From Deltaproteobacteria bacterium (GTDB lineage Bacteria > Myxococcota_A > UBA9160 > UBA6930), in assembly GCA_028817435.1 (NCBI GenBank), contig JAPPPQ010000023.1, forward strand, positions 58,836 to 122,835: a stretch of DNA of 64,000 nucleotides, in the 5' to 3' direction. The position numbers were made by a program, and so were the translations under genes. Positions 36,565 to 45,775 of this stretch are shown here, one piece after another (position 1 is the first letter of the stretch; every line of letters starts with the position of its first letter). Under the pieces are notes generated by a model. It was given only the letters and a program-made list of their open reading frames with translations. It searched no databases and was not told where the DNA came from.

Positions 36565-39500
36565 ATGCCCCCGCGCCCTGTTAGTGAAGACGAAGTCCGC
36601 CAGGGCATTGTCGAAGTGCTCAAGGACATCGGCTGCCCCGATATCCGGCTGAATATGCGGGCCAAGGGAGCAGAGCGCTGCGACATTTTCAGCGAGAGCT
36701 GGCGCATTGTCTGCGAGACCAAGAAGGCCAACGAGGCCAATCCGGCGAGTCTCTCCCACCGCAATCCCCAGAATCCGAAGGAGACGCAGCGGGAGCAACT
36801 CCAGCGCTACATGATCTATTTCCGGGACCAGGTTTTCGAGCGCCTCAACTTTGAGGGCAGCGAAGACGCAGAGCAGGATTGGCGCGGCTGTCTGATGGAT
36901 GACCGCAATGCGTGGTTTTACACATTGTCCGGCGCGCAAGGCGCAACCGAACTGGCGGAGACGCACAAATGCCCCATTTATCCGTTCAGCCTGGGCGACA
37001 TTCTGGCGCAGCATTTGGGGCGGCCGGCAAAGCCCGGGCTGCAGCCGGTTCCCGAAGACCTGCGCGGCGCACTGCAGAGCGAGCACGCAAACCTGGTGGA
37101 GCTTTCCGGCTCGGTGTCCGGCACCCAGTCGTATCGGACCAAATTCAGCCTTTGGGAAAAGGTGATGGCGCCCGGCGGCTTGATTGCCGCGGGCACAAAC
37201 AAAGGGGATCTCTTCGTCAATCACACACTGCTGGTCTGCGTGGCCCGCTCGGCCATTCGGGTGCTGACCGGAGAGCGAAGCCCCTCGGCTGGCAGCATAC
37301 TGGAAAGCCACTTCGCCTCCTGGGTTTTGCAGAGGCAGAGCGGGCGCACTTGGCTGGATCAGCTCGAAAGGCGCATTGCCGGCTGGAGTTGGGCGCTTCA
37401 CAGCAAGGATGTGCTGAAGAGCCTGTATGAGAGTTTGATTGATCCATCCACCCGGCACGATTTCGGAGAGGTCTACACGCCCGACTGGGTTGCCGCTGCG
37501 GTTTGCGAGAAAGTGCTGGACGAGCCCTGGATCCGGCGCAGCATCAATGCATCGCTGGAGCACAGCACCGGAGAGCCGGGGCAGCCTTTGTCCGGCGTCG
37601 GAGTGTTGGATCCCGCCTGCGGCTCCGGGACTTTTCTTTTTCAAGCGGCCAAGCGCATTCTGGAATCCAGGGCGATGTCCGGTTGGGATCTCGGTGCGCA
37701 GGATCAGGCCAATGTGGTGTGCAGGCTGGTCCAGGGACTCGATGTGCATCCCATTGCCATCGAAATCGCCCGGGCCACCTTGCTTTCCGCGTTGCCCGCC
37801 GCGCCCCGGCACGGGTCGCGGGCACTGCAGATTGCGCAGGGAGACGCCTTTGCCAGCGGCGCGTTCGCCAAGAAGGAGCAGTATGGTTTGCCCGGATACG
37901 AGCTGCAGATCGGGACGCCGGAGAAGCGCTATATCGAATTGAATGAGGATGTGCTGCACCACGAGCATTTCTCTGAAATCGTGCACCGCATCGTCACGCA
38001 CGGGCGAGATCTGCACGAATCGGGCAAGCAGGCCGATGCGGGGGAAGTGCGCGCCTTCGTCGAGCAGCACAACTGGCATGAGCGGGTGCCGGAGCCGCGC
38101 CGTCAGATTTTTCTCGCGACTCTGGAAAAGGCGACTGCCAAAATCCACGAGATTTGCAGCCACGAGGACAACCATGTCTGGGAGTGGTTCATCCACAACG
38201 CCACCGCCCCCATTCGTCTGCGGCACAGCAAGGTGGACCGGATTGTGGCCAATCCGCCCTGGGTCGAGCTCAATTCCATGCATCCTCACCGGAAGCATGA
38301 GCTCAGGAAGGTGATGAATCACTATCAGGTGTGGACCGGCGGCAAGAACGCAACCCACTGTCAAATCGCCATTCCCTTCATTTGCGAGGCTGTTGACAAA
38401 TTCCTGTCGGGCAACAGCCGCCATGGCTGGGTGCTGCCCGTTTCCGCCCTGAAAGCCCAGCCTTGGGCGAAGTTCCGGGCTGTTCACCCCCGCTGGAGCC
38501 TCATCGCAGATTTGAGCGAAGTGAAAGAGCGCATATTCCCCGGCCCCAATCAGCCGTGCATTCTCATTTCCGGGAAGCAAGCCCAATTCGGCGAGCACAA
38601 GATCTGGCGGACAGAGCCCGGCCAAGCCATTCCCACAGACGCCACCTGGGGCTACGCCAAGCCCCGAATCCGGATGGAATTGCCACCGGCACCTTTCCCG
38701 GAGCAAGCCAGTGAGACTTATGGGAAGGGACGCCGGAGATTCCGAAATGGCGCGACACTTGTCCCCTATTCGCTGGTGATGATTGGCGAGAATCCCGGCG
38801 ACGGACGCTTCACTTGCGTGCAGAGCACCACTGGTTACTGGCGCGGGCAGGAGCCGATGAGCGGCGCCCAGCTCTCGGACAACATTCACCCGGTCCTCGC
38901 TGGAGAGAATTGCCTGCCGTTCCGCATCGAGGGACAGCGCTTTGCCGTCCTGCCGTTTTCCCGGAAGAATCCCCAGCAACTCTGCGTGAAAGAGCAGGGA
39001 CAACCGTTTCAGCGCTACTGGAAAAAGGCGGAGAGAGCTTGGAAGGAATACAGGGAAATCAAGAATTCTTCTATTTCCACGCTGCTTGATCGCCTCAATT
39101 ACAGCGGAGGCATCAGCGCCCAATTGCCGCTTCGCCCCAGGTATGCAGGCCGCCGCGTGATTTACAACGCATCGGGTGGAGAAGTGCTTCGAGCCGCTCG
39201 CACGGCCAAGCTTCCCCATGTGATTATCAACCACAAAGCCTACCACTACACCGCGAAAAGCCAGCAGGAGGCGCTCTATCTGGTCGGCGTTCTCAATGCT
39301 CCCTGCTTGTCATCCGCAATTTTGCAGTCCAAGACCAGCAATCTGGATTTCGATCTGAACCCCGTGAAGAAGATTCCGATTCCCGCATTTCGCCCCAAGA
39401 GCAAACTGCACGGCCGCATTGCCGAAATCAGCAGGGAATGCGAGAAGCTGGCGCAAAAGACCGACCTCACGGGGTTGCGCGGCCAGCCGAACCGGACCAA

Positions 39501-39597
39501 GGCCGTGCAGAGAGCGCTGCGGGAATCGGGCCTGTTTGACAAACTGGACGCCGCAGTGCGGAAGCTCCTGCCGAATCACGCGCAGAAGAAGCCCTGA
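36565..39597 (+). CDS. MmeI-like (type IIL/IIG) single-polypeptide restriction-modification enzyme: N-terminal PD-ExK nuclease + gamma-class N6-adenine methyltransferase + C-terminal target-recognition region
   Basis: 1010 aa from ATG 36565. D40-x10-E51-x-K53 (CDIFSESWRIVCETKK, nt 36682-36723). FGEVYTPDWVA. Motif I LDPACGSGTFLF (37609-37635). Motif IV NPPW (38251-38262). Lower G+C (33/60 in line 38281-38340). Confidence 0.75.
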   Translation: MPPRPVSEDEVRQGIVEVLKDIGCPDIRLNMRAKGAERCDIFSESWRIVCETKKANEANPASLSHRNPQNPKETQREQLQRYMIYFRDQVFERLNFEGSEDAEQDWRGCLMDDRNAWFYTLSGAQGATELAETHKCPIYPFSLGDILAQHLGRPAKPGLQPVPEDLRGALQSEHANLVELSGSVSGTQSYRTKFSLWEKVMAPGGLIAAGTNKGDLFVNHTLLVCVARSAIRVLTGERSPSAGSILESHFASWVLQRQSGRTWLDQLERRIAGWSWALHSKDVLKSLYESLIDPSTRHDFGEVYTPDWVAAAVCEKVLDEPWIRRSINASLEHSTGEPGQPLSGVGVLDPACGSGTFLFQAAKRILESRAMSGWDLGAQDQANVVCRLVQGLDVHPIAIEIARATLLSALPAAPRHGSRALQIAQGDAFASGAFAKKEQYGLPGYELQIGTPEKRYIELNEDVLHHEHFSEIVHRIVTHGRDLHESGKQADAGEVRAFVEQHNWHERVPEPRRQIFLATLEKATAKIHEICSHEDNHVWEWFIHNATAPIRLRHSKVDRIVANPPWVELNSMHPHRKHELRKVMNHYQVWTGGKNATHCQIAIPFICEAVDKFLSGNSRHGWVLPVSALKAQPWAKFRAVHPRWSLIADLSEVKERIFPGPNQPCILISGKQAQFGEHKIWRTEPGQAIPTDATWGYAKPRIRMELPPAPFPEQASETYGKGRRRFRNGATLVPYSLVMIGENPGDGRFTCVQSTTGYWRGQEPMSGAQLSDNIHPVLAGENCLPFRIEGQRFAVLPFSRKNPQQLCVKEQGQPFQRYWKKAERAWKEYREIKNSSISTLLDRLNYSGGISAQLPLRPRYAGRRVIYNASGGEVLRAARTAKLPHVIINHKAYHYTAKSQQEALYLVGVLNAPCLSSAILQSKTSNLDFDLNPVKKIPIPAFRPKSKLHGRIAEISRECEKLAQKTDLTGLRGQPNRTKAVQRALRESGLFDKLDAAVRKLLPNHAQKKP

Positions 39598-39611
39598 CAC
39601 CCCGGCGGCGC

Positions 39612-40094
39612 TCAGCGCAGGTGGCTGCTGGCGAGGGCGTCGGCGTATTCGTTCCAGCGCGCGCCGTCGTGGGCGCGGATCCACTGGAGTTTCATGCGCG
39701 GGCGCGCGCGGGTGAGCGCCCAGAGTTGCTGCACCAGTTCCAGGTTGGCGATGGGGCCGCCCTTGCGCTTCCAGCCGCGGCGCTCCCAACCGGCGGCCCA
39801 CTGGTTGATGGTGTCCACGCAGAGCCTGCTGTCGGAGTAGACGCTGAGCGCGGTGTTTTCGGGCAGCGCGCGGCAGGCTTCGATCAGCGCGGTGAGCTCC
39901 ATGCGGTTGTTGGTGGTGGCGGGGGCGAAGCCGCTGTCCTGTTGGATGATGCGGTTCTGCTCCACCCACACGAAGCCCCAGCCGCCCGGCCCCGGGTTGC
40001 CCTCGCAGGAGCCATCGGTGAAGACTCCGGTCATCGGCCCGGCGTGGTGGCGTGCCAGCACTTCCTCGAGCCTGCGCGTGGACGCGCTGCTCAT
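39612..40094 (-). CDS. rnhA: Ribonuclease HI
   Basis: FTDGSCEGNPGPGGWG...NNRMELTA...VYSDS...HDGARWNEYADALA. ATGA overlap with the ychF stop. Confidence 0.9.
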   Translation of the reverse strand: MSSASTRRLEEVLARHHAGPMTGVFTDGSCEGNPGPGGWGFVWVEQNRIIQQDSGFAPATTNNRMELTALIEACRALPENTALSVYSDSRLCVDTINQWAAGWERRGWKRKGGPIANLELVQQLWALTRARPRMKLQWIRAHDGARWNEYADALASSHLR

Positions 40095-41185
40095 GCGGCG
40101 CCGCCCACGCGAAAATGCGCCACATCGCCGTCCTGCAAAATGTAATCGCGGCCCTCTACGCGCAGTTTGCCGGCGGCGCGCGCGCCGGACTCTCCGCCGC
40201 AGGCGACGAAATCCTCGAAGGCGATGATCTCGGCGCGGATGAAGTTGCGCTCGAAATCGCTGTGGATGGCGCCGGCGGCGCGGGGAGCGCGCGCGCCCCG
40301 CGCGATGGTCCAGGCCCGCACCTCTTTCGGGCCGGCGGTGAAAAAAGAGAGCAGGTCGAGCAGTGCATAAGCGGCGCGGGCCAGACGGTGCAGCCCGGGC
40401 TCTGCGATTCCCAGTTCGCTCAGGAAGGCGCTGCGCTCTTCCGGCGCGAGTTCCATCAACTCGGCCTCGGTGCGCGCAGAAAGCTGCAGCAGCGCCGCGC
40501 CGCTCTTTGCGGCGTGCTGCTCCAGCGCGCGCAGCGGCGCTTCGGTGGCCGCGGACTCATCTGTGTTGGCGATGTAGAGCACGGGCTTGGCGGTGAGCAG
40601 CGCGCAGGCGCGAAACGCATCGGCGTGTTCCGGAGCAACCGCAAAGCTGCGCGCGGGCGCGCCGCCGGCCAGGTGTTCGTGCAGCGCCTCGAAAAACTGC
40701 GCCGCTGCGCGATCGTCTTCGCGCCCCGTCCGGGCGGCGCGCATGGCGCGCTCCAGGCGGCGCTCCACGCTGGCCAGATCGGCCAGGCCGAGCTCAATCT
40801 CCACCACCTCCACATCGCGCAGCGGATCCACGCCGCCGTCCACATGCACCACCTTTTCGTCCTCGAAGCAGCGCACCACATGCAGCACTGCGGCAGTTTC
40901 GCGCAAGTGGCCCAAAAATTGATTGCCGAGGCCCTCGCCCCGCGCCGCGCCGCGCACCAGCCCCGCCACATCGGTGAATTCCACCGCCGCCGGCAGCACC
41001 CGCTGCGGGCGGACGATGGATTCAAGGGCGGCCAGGCGCGGATCGGGCACTGCCGCCATTCCCGAGTTGGGCTCGATGGTGCAAAAGGGATAGTTCTCCG
41101 CCGCAATTCCCGCGCCGGTCAGTGCGTTGAAAAGGGTGCTCTTGCCGACATTCGGCAGGCCCACGATGCCGCAGCGAAGCGCCAT
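40091..41185 (-). CDS. ychF: Redox-regulated ribosome-binding ATPase YchF
   Basis: ATG 41185: MALRCGIVGLPNVGKSTLFNALT; C-terminal TGS-like end ...DGDVAHFRV. Confidence 0.95.
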   Translation of the reverse strand: MALRCGIVGLPNVGKSTLFNALTGAGIAAENYPFCTIEPNSGMAAVPDPRLAALESIVRPQRVLPAAVEFTDVAGLVRGAARGEGLGNQFLGHLRETAAVLHVVRCFEDEKVVHVDGGVDPLRDVEVVEIELGLADLASVERRLERAMRAARTGREDDRAAAQFFEALHEHLAGGAPARSFAVAPEHADAFRACALLTAKPVLYIANTDESAATEAPLRALEQHAAKSGAALLQLSARTEAELMELAPEERSAFLSELGIAEPGLHRLARAAYALLDLLSFFTAGPKEVRAWTIARGARAPRAAGAIHSDFERNFIRAEIIAFEDFVACGGESGARAAGKLRVEGRDYILQDGDVAHFRVGGAA

Positions 41186-41230
41186 GCGCAGAGCTTGACG
41201 AAACCCCCGCTGCGCGCCAGCGGGGCGCAA

Positions 41231-42340
41231 TCAGCCGCGCTGGTAATCGGCCAGCCAGCGCTGGCGATAATCGGCGAAGCCGCCCTCCAGAATGGCGGCG
41301 CGGGCTTCGCGCAACAGCCGCTGGTAAAAATGCACATTGTGAATCGAGGCGAGAATCGCCCCGCCAATTTCGTTGGCGTGAAACAGATGGTGCAGGTAAG
41401 CGCGGCTCACGCCCGCGCCGCAGGCAGCGCAGTCGCAGCTCGGGTCCATGGCGTAGCCGTCGCGCCGGAAGCGGCGTCCGGTGAGCCGGATGCGCCCGCG
41501 CCGGGTGAAGACGCTGGCCGCGCGGGCATAGCGCGTCGGAATCACGCAGTCGAAGAGATCCACGCCGCAGGCAATGGCGGCCAGCATATCCTCCGGCAGG
41601 CCGACGCCCATCAAATAGCGCGGCTTTTTCTCGGGAAGCAGCGGCGCGGTGTGCGCGGTAATCTGCACCAGCAACTCGTGCCCTTCGCCCACCGAAACGC
41701 CGCCGATGGCATAACCCGGCAGATCCAATGCCACCAGCGATGCGGCGCAGCTCTCGCGCAGCTGCGGATACACGCTGCCCTGCACAATGCCGAACAGCGC
41801 CTGTTCTTCGGGGCGGCGGTGCGCGCGCAGGCAGCGCTCCATCCACGAAAGCGTCCGGCGCACGCCATTGCGGGCGAGCTTTTCGCTGGCGGGAAAGGGC
41901 GTGCATTCATCGAAGGCCATGATGATGTCTGCGCCCAGCGCGTTTTGAATTTCGATGGAGCGCTCGGGCGTCAAATCCATCACCTCGCCCGTCACCCGGT
42001 TGCGGAAGCGGACGCCGCGCTCGCCGACCTCTTTGTGCGGCAGCGAAAAGACCTGAAAGCCGCCGCTGTCGGTGAGGATGGGGCCGCGCCAGCCCGTGAA
42101 GGCGTGCAGTCCGCCGAGCTTTTGCACAATCGCCTCGCCGGGCCGTTGCGCCAGGTGATAGGTGTTGGCCAGCAGCACCTCTGCGCCGGTGGCGCGCACC
42201 TGCTCCATGGTCAGCGCGCGCACTGCGCCCCGCGTGCCCACCACCATGAAGGACGGCGTGTGCACCGGGCCGCGCGGCGTGCTCAGCACCCCCGCCCGCG
42301 CCGCGCCGTCCCGCGCCAATTGCGCATAGCGAAAATTCAC
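41231..42340 (-). CDS. tgt: tRNA-guanine transglycosylase (queuine tRNA-ribosyltransferase)
   Basis: VHTPSFMVVGTRGAV...LANTYHL...TDSGGFQVFS...zinc site CDCAAC. Confidence 0.95.
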   Translation of the reverse strand: MNFRYAQLARDGAARAGVLSTPRGPVHTPSFMVVGTRGAVRALTMEQVRATGAEVLLANTYHLAQRPGEAIVQKLGGLHAFTGWRGPILTDSGGFQVFSLPHKEVGERGVRFRNRVTGEVMDLTPERSIEIQNALGADIIMAFDECTPFPASEKLARNGVRRTLSWMERCLRAHRRPEEQALFGIVQGSVYPQLRESCAASLVALDLPGYAIGGVSVGEGHELLVQITAHTAPLLPEKKPRYLMGVGLPEDMLAAIACGVDLFDCVIPTRYARAASVFTRRGRIRLTGRRFRRDGYAMDPSCDCAACGAGVSRAYLHHLFHANEIGGAILASIHNVHFYQRLLREARAAILEGGFADYRQRWLADYQRG

Positions 42341-42375
42341 GGCGCGAGGCTAGCGCGCTCTGCTAGTTTGCATTT

Positions 42376-43317
42376 GTGATCGCCCCTTTTGCCGACCGCT
42401 TGATGCGCCGTGTGCGCAAGCTCGGCCCGCTCTGCGTCGGCCTCGATCCCGACATCGCCGAGTTTTCGCCGCTGTTCCAAAACGGCGATATGCGCCCCGG
42501 CGAAGTGCCCACCGCCGCCGCCGTCGGCGCTTTCTGCCTGGCCGTTCTCAAATGCCTGGAAGGCCGCGTGGCGGCGGTGAAGATTCAGAGCGCCTGCTTC
42601 GAGCGCCACGGCGCGCCGGGAGTCACGGCCATGCACAGCGTTCTGGAAGAGGCGCGGCAGCGCAATCTGCTCGTGATTCTCGATGTGAAGCGCGGCGATG
42701 TGGGCCCCAGCGCCGCCGCCTACGCCAGTGCCTATCTCGATTCCGATGCGCCGCTGCGCGCCGACGCCATCACCGTCAACCCCTGGTGCGGGCTCGACAC
42801 CCTGGAGCCCTTCATCGCCGCCGCCGAGCGCAGCGGCGCGGGCATTTTCGCGCTGCTCAAAACCAGCAACCCCGGCGCAGATGCTCTGCAAGATCGCCCC
42901 GTGGAGGGCCGCCCGCTCTACGAGCATTTGGCCCGCGCCCTTGCGCCGCTGGCCGAGCGCCTGCACGGCGCAGAGAGCGGCTGGTCCGGACTGGGCGCGG
43001 TGGTGGCCGCCACCCAGCCCCAGGCCGCCCGCCGTTTGCGCGAGCTGCTGCCCCGCAGCCTGTTTTTGACTCCCGGCTACGGCGCGCAGGGCGCCAGCGC
43101 CGCCGATGCGCTGGCGGGCTTCGCCCGAGGCCCCGGCGGCCCGCCGGGGTCGGGACTGGAAGGCGGGCTGGTGAATTCCTCCCGCCAAATTCTCTACACG
43201 CCCGAAACGCGCATCACGGGCAATTTGAGAAACTGGCAAAAGGCCATCGTTGCGGGCGCGCGCTCTGCAGCCGGGGAACTGGCGCGGGCCGGCAAACAAC
43301 TCGCCGCCGCGGGTTGA
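42376..43317 (+). CDS. pyrF: Orotidine 5'-phosphate decarboxylase, type 2
   Basis: GTG start; FADRLMRRVRKLGPLCVGLDPD...LDVKRGDVGPSA. Confidence 0.85.
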   Translation: MIAPFADRLMRRVRKLGPLCVGLDPDIAEFSPLFQNGDMRPGEVPTAAAVGAFCLAVLKCLEGRVAAVKIQSACFERHGAPGVTAMHSVLEEARQRNLLVILDVKRGDVGPSAAAYASAYLDSDAPLRADAITVNPWCGLDTLEPFIAAAERSGAGIFALLKTSNPGADALQDRPVEGRPLYEHLARALAPLAERLHGAESGWSGLGAVVAATQPQAARRLRELLPRSLFLTPGYGAQGASAADALAGFARGPGGPPGSGLEGGLVNSSRQILYTPETRITGNLRNWQKAIVAGARSAAGELARAGKQLAAAG

Positions 43318-43320
43318 CCG

Positions 43321-43449
43321 TCAGCGGTGGAACTTGCGCTCGCCCGAGCTCTGGCGCAGCCGGCGGCGCCGCAGCTTGCGCTTCAACTTGGCGCGGTGGC
43401 GGGCGCTTCGGCCGCGGTTGCGGTGCGGCAACCTGGTGTTCTTGCGCAT
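43321..43449 (-). CDS. 42-aa Arg/Lys-rich small protein (below the track threshold); possibly a bS22-like/AURKAIP1-COX24-type small basic protein
   Basis: Hand translation: MRKNTRLPHRNRGRSARHRAKLKRKLRRRRLRQSSGERKFHR. Fills the gap between pyrF and the ACAD gene exactly. Confidence 0.4.
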   Translation of the reverse strand: MRKNTRLPHRNRGRSARHRAKLKRKLRRRRLRQSSGERKFHR

Positions 43450-43522
43450 GGAAAGGGCTCCCGGTGAAGGCGGCAGCCTAGGCGAAGGCGCGGGGAGAGT
43501 CCACCCCCGCTATCCTGCCCCC

Positions 43523-44701
43523 ATGCAAACGCCCCTGGACCGAATGGCGGATTTCGATCTCTCCGAAGCGCAGCGGCAGGTGCGCGCCAGCGTCCGCGCT
43601 TTTGCCGAGGCCGAGATTTTGCCCCATGTGGAGCGCTGCGAGCGCGAGGCCCGCTACCCGCTGGAACTGGTGGCGAAGCTGCCGCCGCTGGGCCTTTTGG
43701 GTCCGATGATTCCCGAAGAGTTCGGCGGCTCTTTCTCCGACACGCTGAGCTACGGCATCATTTGCGAAGAAATCGCGCGGGTGGACTGGGTGCTGGCCAG
43801 CGTCATCTCGGTATCGAACTCGCTGGTGGCGGGAGCCATTTTGCGCCACGGCAGCGAAGCGCAGCAGCGCCGCTGGCTGCCGAAGATTGCCAGCGGCGAA
43901 GCGCTGTGCTCCGCCTGTCTCACCGAACCCGGCGGCGGCACCGATCTCGGCAACATGGCCAGCAGCGCCGAAAAATGCGCCGAAGGCTGGAGGCTCAACG
44001 GCACCAAGGTCTTCATCTCTCACGCCGCCCACGCCGGATTGTTTTTGGTTGTGGCCAGCGTGGACCGCGCGAAGCAGCACAAAGGCGTCAGCGCATTTCT
44101 GGTGGATCCGGCGGCGACCCGGGGCATTCGCATCGGCGCATTTCCCATGCGCACGCTGAAGCGCGACCAGCTCGCCGAAGTGCACTTCGAAAACGCCCTG
44201 GTGCCCGATGACGCGCTGCTCGGCGAAGCCGGCGGCGGCTTTCCCGTGCTCGGCGCAGCCCTCGATCTGGGCCGCTTCAGCGTCGCCGCGCGCTGCGTCG
44301 GCCAGGCCCAGCGCTGCCTCGATCTGGCGCTGCCCTACGCGCAGCAGCGCCGGGCCTTCGGCCAGCCCATCGGCGAGTTTCAGTTGATCCAGCAAAAGCT
44401 CGCCGACATGACCTGCCGCACCCAGGCCGCCCGCAACGCCGTCTATCAACTGGGCCGCATGAAGGACGCCGGCATCCCCCGCGCCAGCATGGAATCCTCC
44501 ATCGCCAAACTCATGGCCAGCCAGGCCGCCGTGCAAAATGCCCTGGACGCCATGCAAATTCACGGCGGCTATGGACTCAGCGAGGAATACGAAGTGGGCC
44601 GCCTGCTGCTGGAGGCGAAATCCCTCGAATTCGGCGAGGGCACCAGCGAACTTCACACCAAGCTGATCGCCGAATTCATGCTCGGCATGCGCAAGCAGTA
44701 A
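43523..44701 (+). CDS. Acyl-CoA dehydrogenase (short/medium-chain type)
   Basis: MQTPLDRMADFDLSEAQRQVRASVRAF; LTEPGGGTDLG; C-terminal FGEGTSELHTKLIAEFMLG. Confidence 0.85.
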   Translation: MQTPLDRMADFDLSEAQRQVRASVRAFAEAEILPHVERCEREARYPLELVAKLPPLGLLGPMIPEEFGGSFSDTLSYGIICEEIARVDWVLASVISVSNSLVAGAILRHGSEAQQRRWLPKIASGEALCSACLTEPGGGTDLGNMASSAEKCAEGWRLNGTKVFISHAAHAGLFLVVASVDRAKQHKGVSAFLVDPAATRGIRIGAFPMRTLKRDQLAEVHFENALVPDDALLGEAGGGFPVLGAALDLGRFSVAARCVGQAQRCLDLALPYAQQRRAFGQPIGEFQLIQQKLADMTCRTQAARNAVYQLGRMKDAGIPRASMESSIAKLMASQAAVQNALDAMQIHGGYGLSEEYEVGRLLLEAKSLEFGEGTSELHTKLIAEFMLGMRKQ

Positions 44702-45769
44702 TCAGATTTCGTAGCCCGCGGCGGCGAGCCAAGTGAGCGCCGCCTGCGCCGGAACCAGATCGGCGAGCCGCAGGGCGCCCGCGGCGCGCGGCGCTTCGCG
44801 CGCGAGTTGCTGCGCCACCCACAGCGGCGGCGCCGCGGGAATATCGAGTCCCGCTTGCAGGGCGCGGATTTCCAGGCGGTCCCGCTCTGCGCCCGCGGCG
44901 TCCCGGGCAATGAGCAGCAAAATGCCGCGGGGCGTGCCGAGGCGGCGGGCGAGTTGCGCCATGGGCAGCAGCCATTTTGCCAGCCGCGCAATGTTGCGCG
45001 GCGGCAGCGCGCCGAGCAGCGGCGCAATGCCATGCAGCGCGCGCGCAATCCAGGCGCGGTCGAAGCCGATGTGGAAGCCGAGCGGCACGCGGCGCGCGCC
45101 GAAGTGCAGCGCGCCTTCGGGCAGCGCCGCGGGATAATTGCCGCAGAGCAGCCGCACTCCACCCCGCGCCCGCGCTGCAACCAGCTTTGCGAAGCAGCGC
45201 TCTGCGCCGTCGCCGCTGCCGCCTTGCATGGGGCGGCCGAGTGGGGCGAGCAGGCCGGCCAGCAATCCGCGGCTCGGCGGGTTGCGCGAACCCATGGAAA
45301 GGAAGGCGTCCACCGCCGCAATATCGGGGCGCTCGCGCCAGCGCTGCGCCAGCAATTCCAGCAGGCCCGGCGCGGTGGAGCAGCCGGGCAGCAGGGCAAT
45401 GCCCGCCCGCGCGGCATTTGCCTCGCGCGCAGCCAGGCGCACCCGGGCTGCGAAGGCTTCGGACTCCGCCAGGTCTGCGTAGTGGCAGCGCGCCCGCACG
45501 CAGGCGCGCACCAAAGGCGCGGGATCCCAATCGTAGGGGCCGGCGGCATTGACGAGCAGCGTTGCACCGCGCAGCCACCCGGCGAGCGCCGCCTGGTCTG
45601 CGCGCTCCACGCGCTGCAATGGCAGTGCGCGCACAGCGCCGGGCGCGCCGCGCCGCCAGTGGCCGCGGCGGCTCGCGCAGCGCAACTCGGCTTCGGGCAG
45701 CCAGCGCCGCAACAGCGCCGCCGCGCGCCCGCCCAGCTCGCCCGCCGCGCCGAGGATGGCGACCCGCAT
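44702..45769 (-). CDS. Saccharopine dehydrogenase-like NAD(P)-binding protein
   Basis: MRVAILGAAGELGGRAA Rossmann start; 355 aa. Confidence 0.55.
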   Translation of the reverse strand: MRVAILGAAGELGGRAAALLRRWLPEAELRCASRRGHWRRGAPGAVRALPLQRVERADQAALAGWLRGATLLVNAAGPYDWDPAPLVRACVRARCHYADLAESEAFAARVRLAAREANAARAGIALLPGCSTAPGLLELLAQRWRERPDIAAVDAFLSMGSRNPPSRGLLAGLLAPLGRPMQGGSGDGAERCFAKLVAARARGGVRLLCGNYPAALPEGALHFGARRVPLGFHIGFDRAWIARALHGIAPLLGALPPRNIARLAKWLLPMAQLARRLGTPRGILLLIARDAAGAERDRLEIRALQAGLDIPAAPPLWVAQQLAREAPRAAGALRLADLVPAQAALTWLAAAGYEI

Positions 45770-45775
45770 GGTCTC

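Noticed and set aside
36535-39246. 903-aa ORF antisense to the MmeI-like gene, striking because this islet is less G+C-rich
   Set aside because: It is codon-phase-locked to the sense gene, so it stays open simply because the sense gene avoids TTA/CTA/TCA codons (the first TCA, near 39309, is where the open stretch ends). The translation has no recognisable motif. A dual-coding claim would need Ribo-seq evidence.
35325-39597. EVE (modified-base reader) gene as part of a system with the downstream MmeI-like enzyme
   Set aside because: The EVE gene is translationally coupled to a nitroreductase and has core-like composition. A 161-bp spacer and a compositional drop separate it from the R-M gene, so the adjacency looks incidental.
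40052-42379. 775-aa plus-strand ORF
   Set aside because: Antisense to ychF and tgt, both unmistakable.
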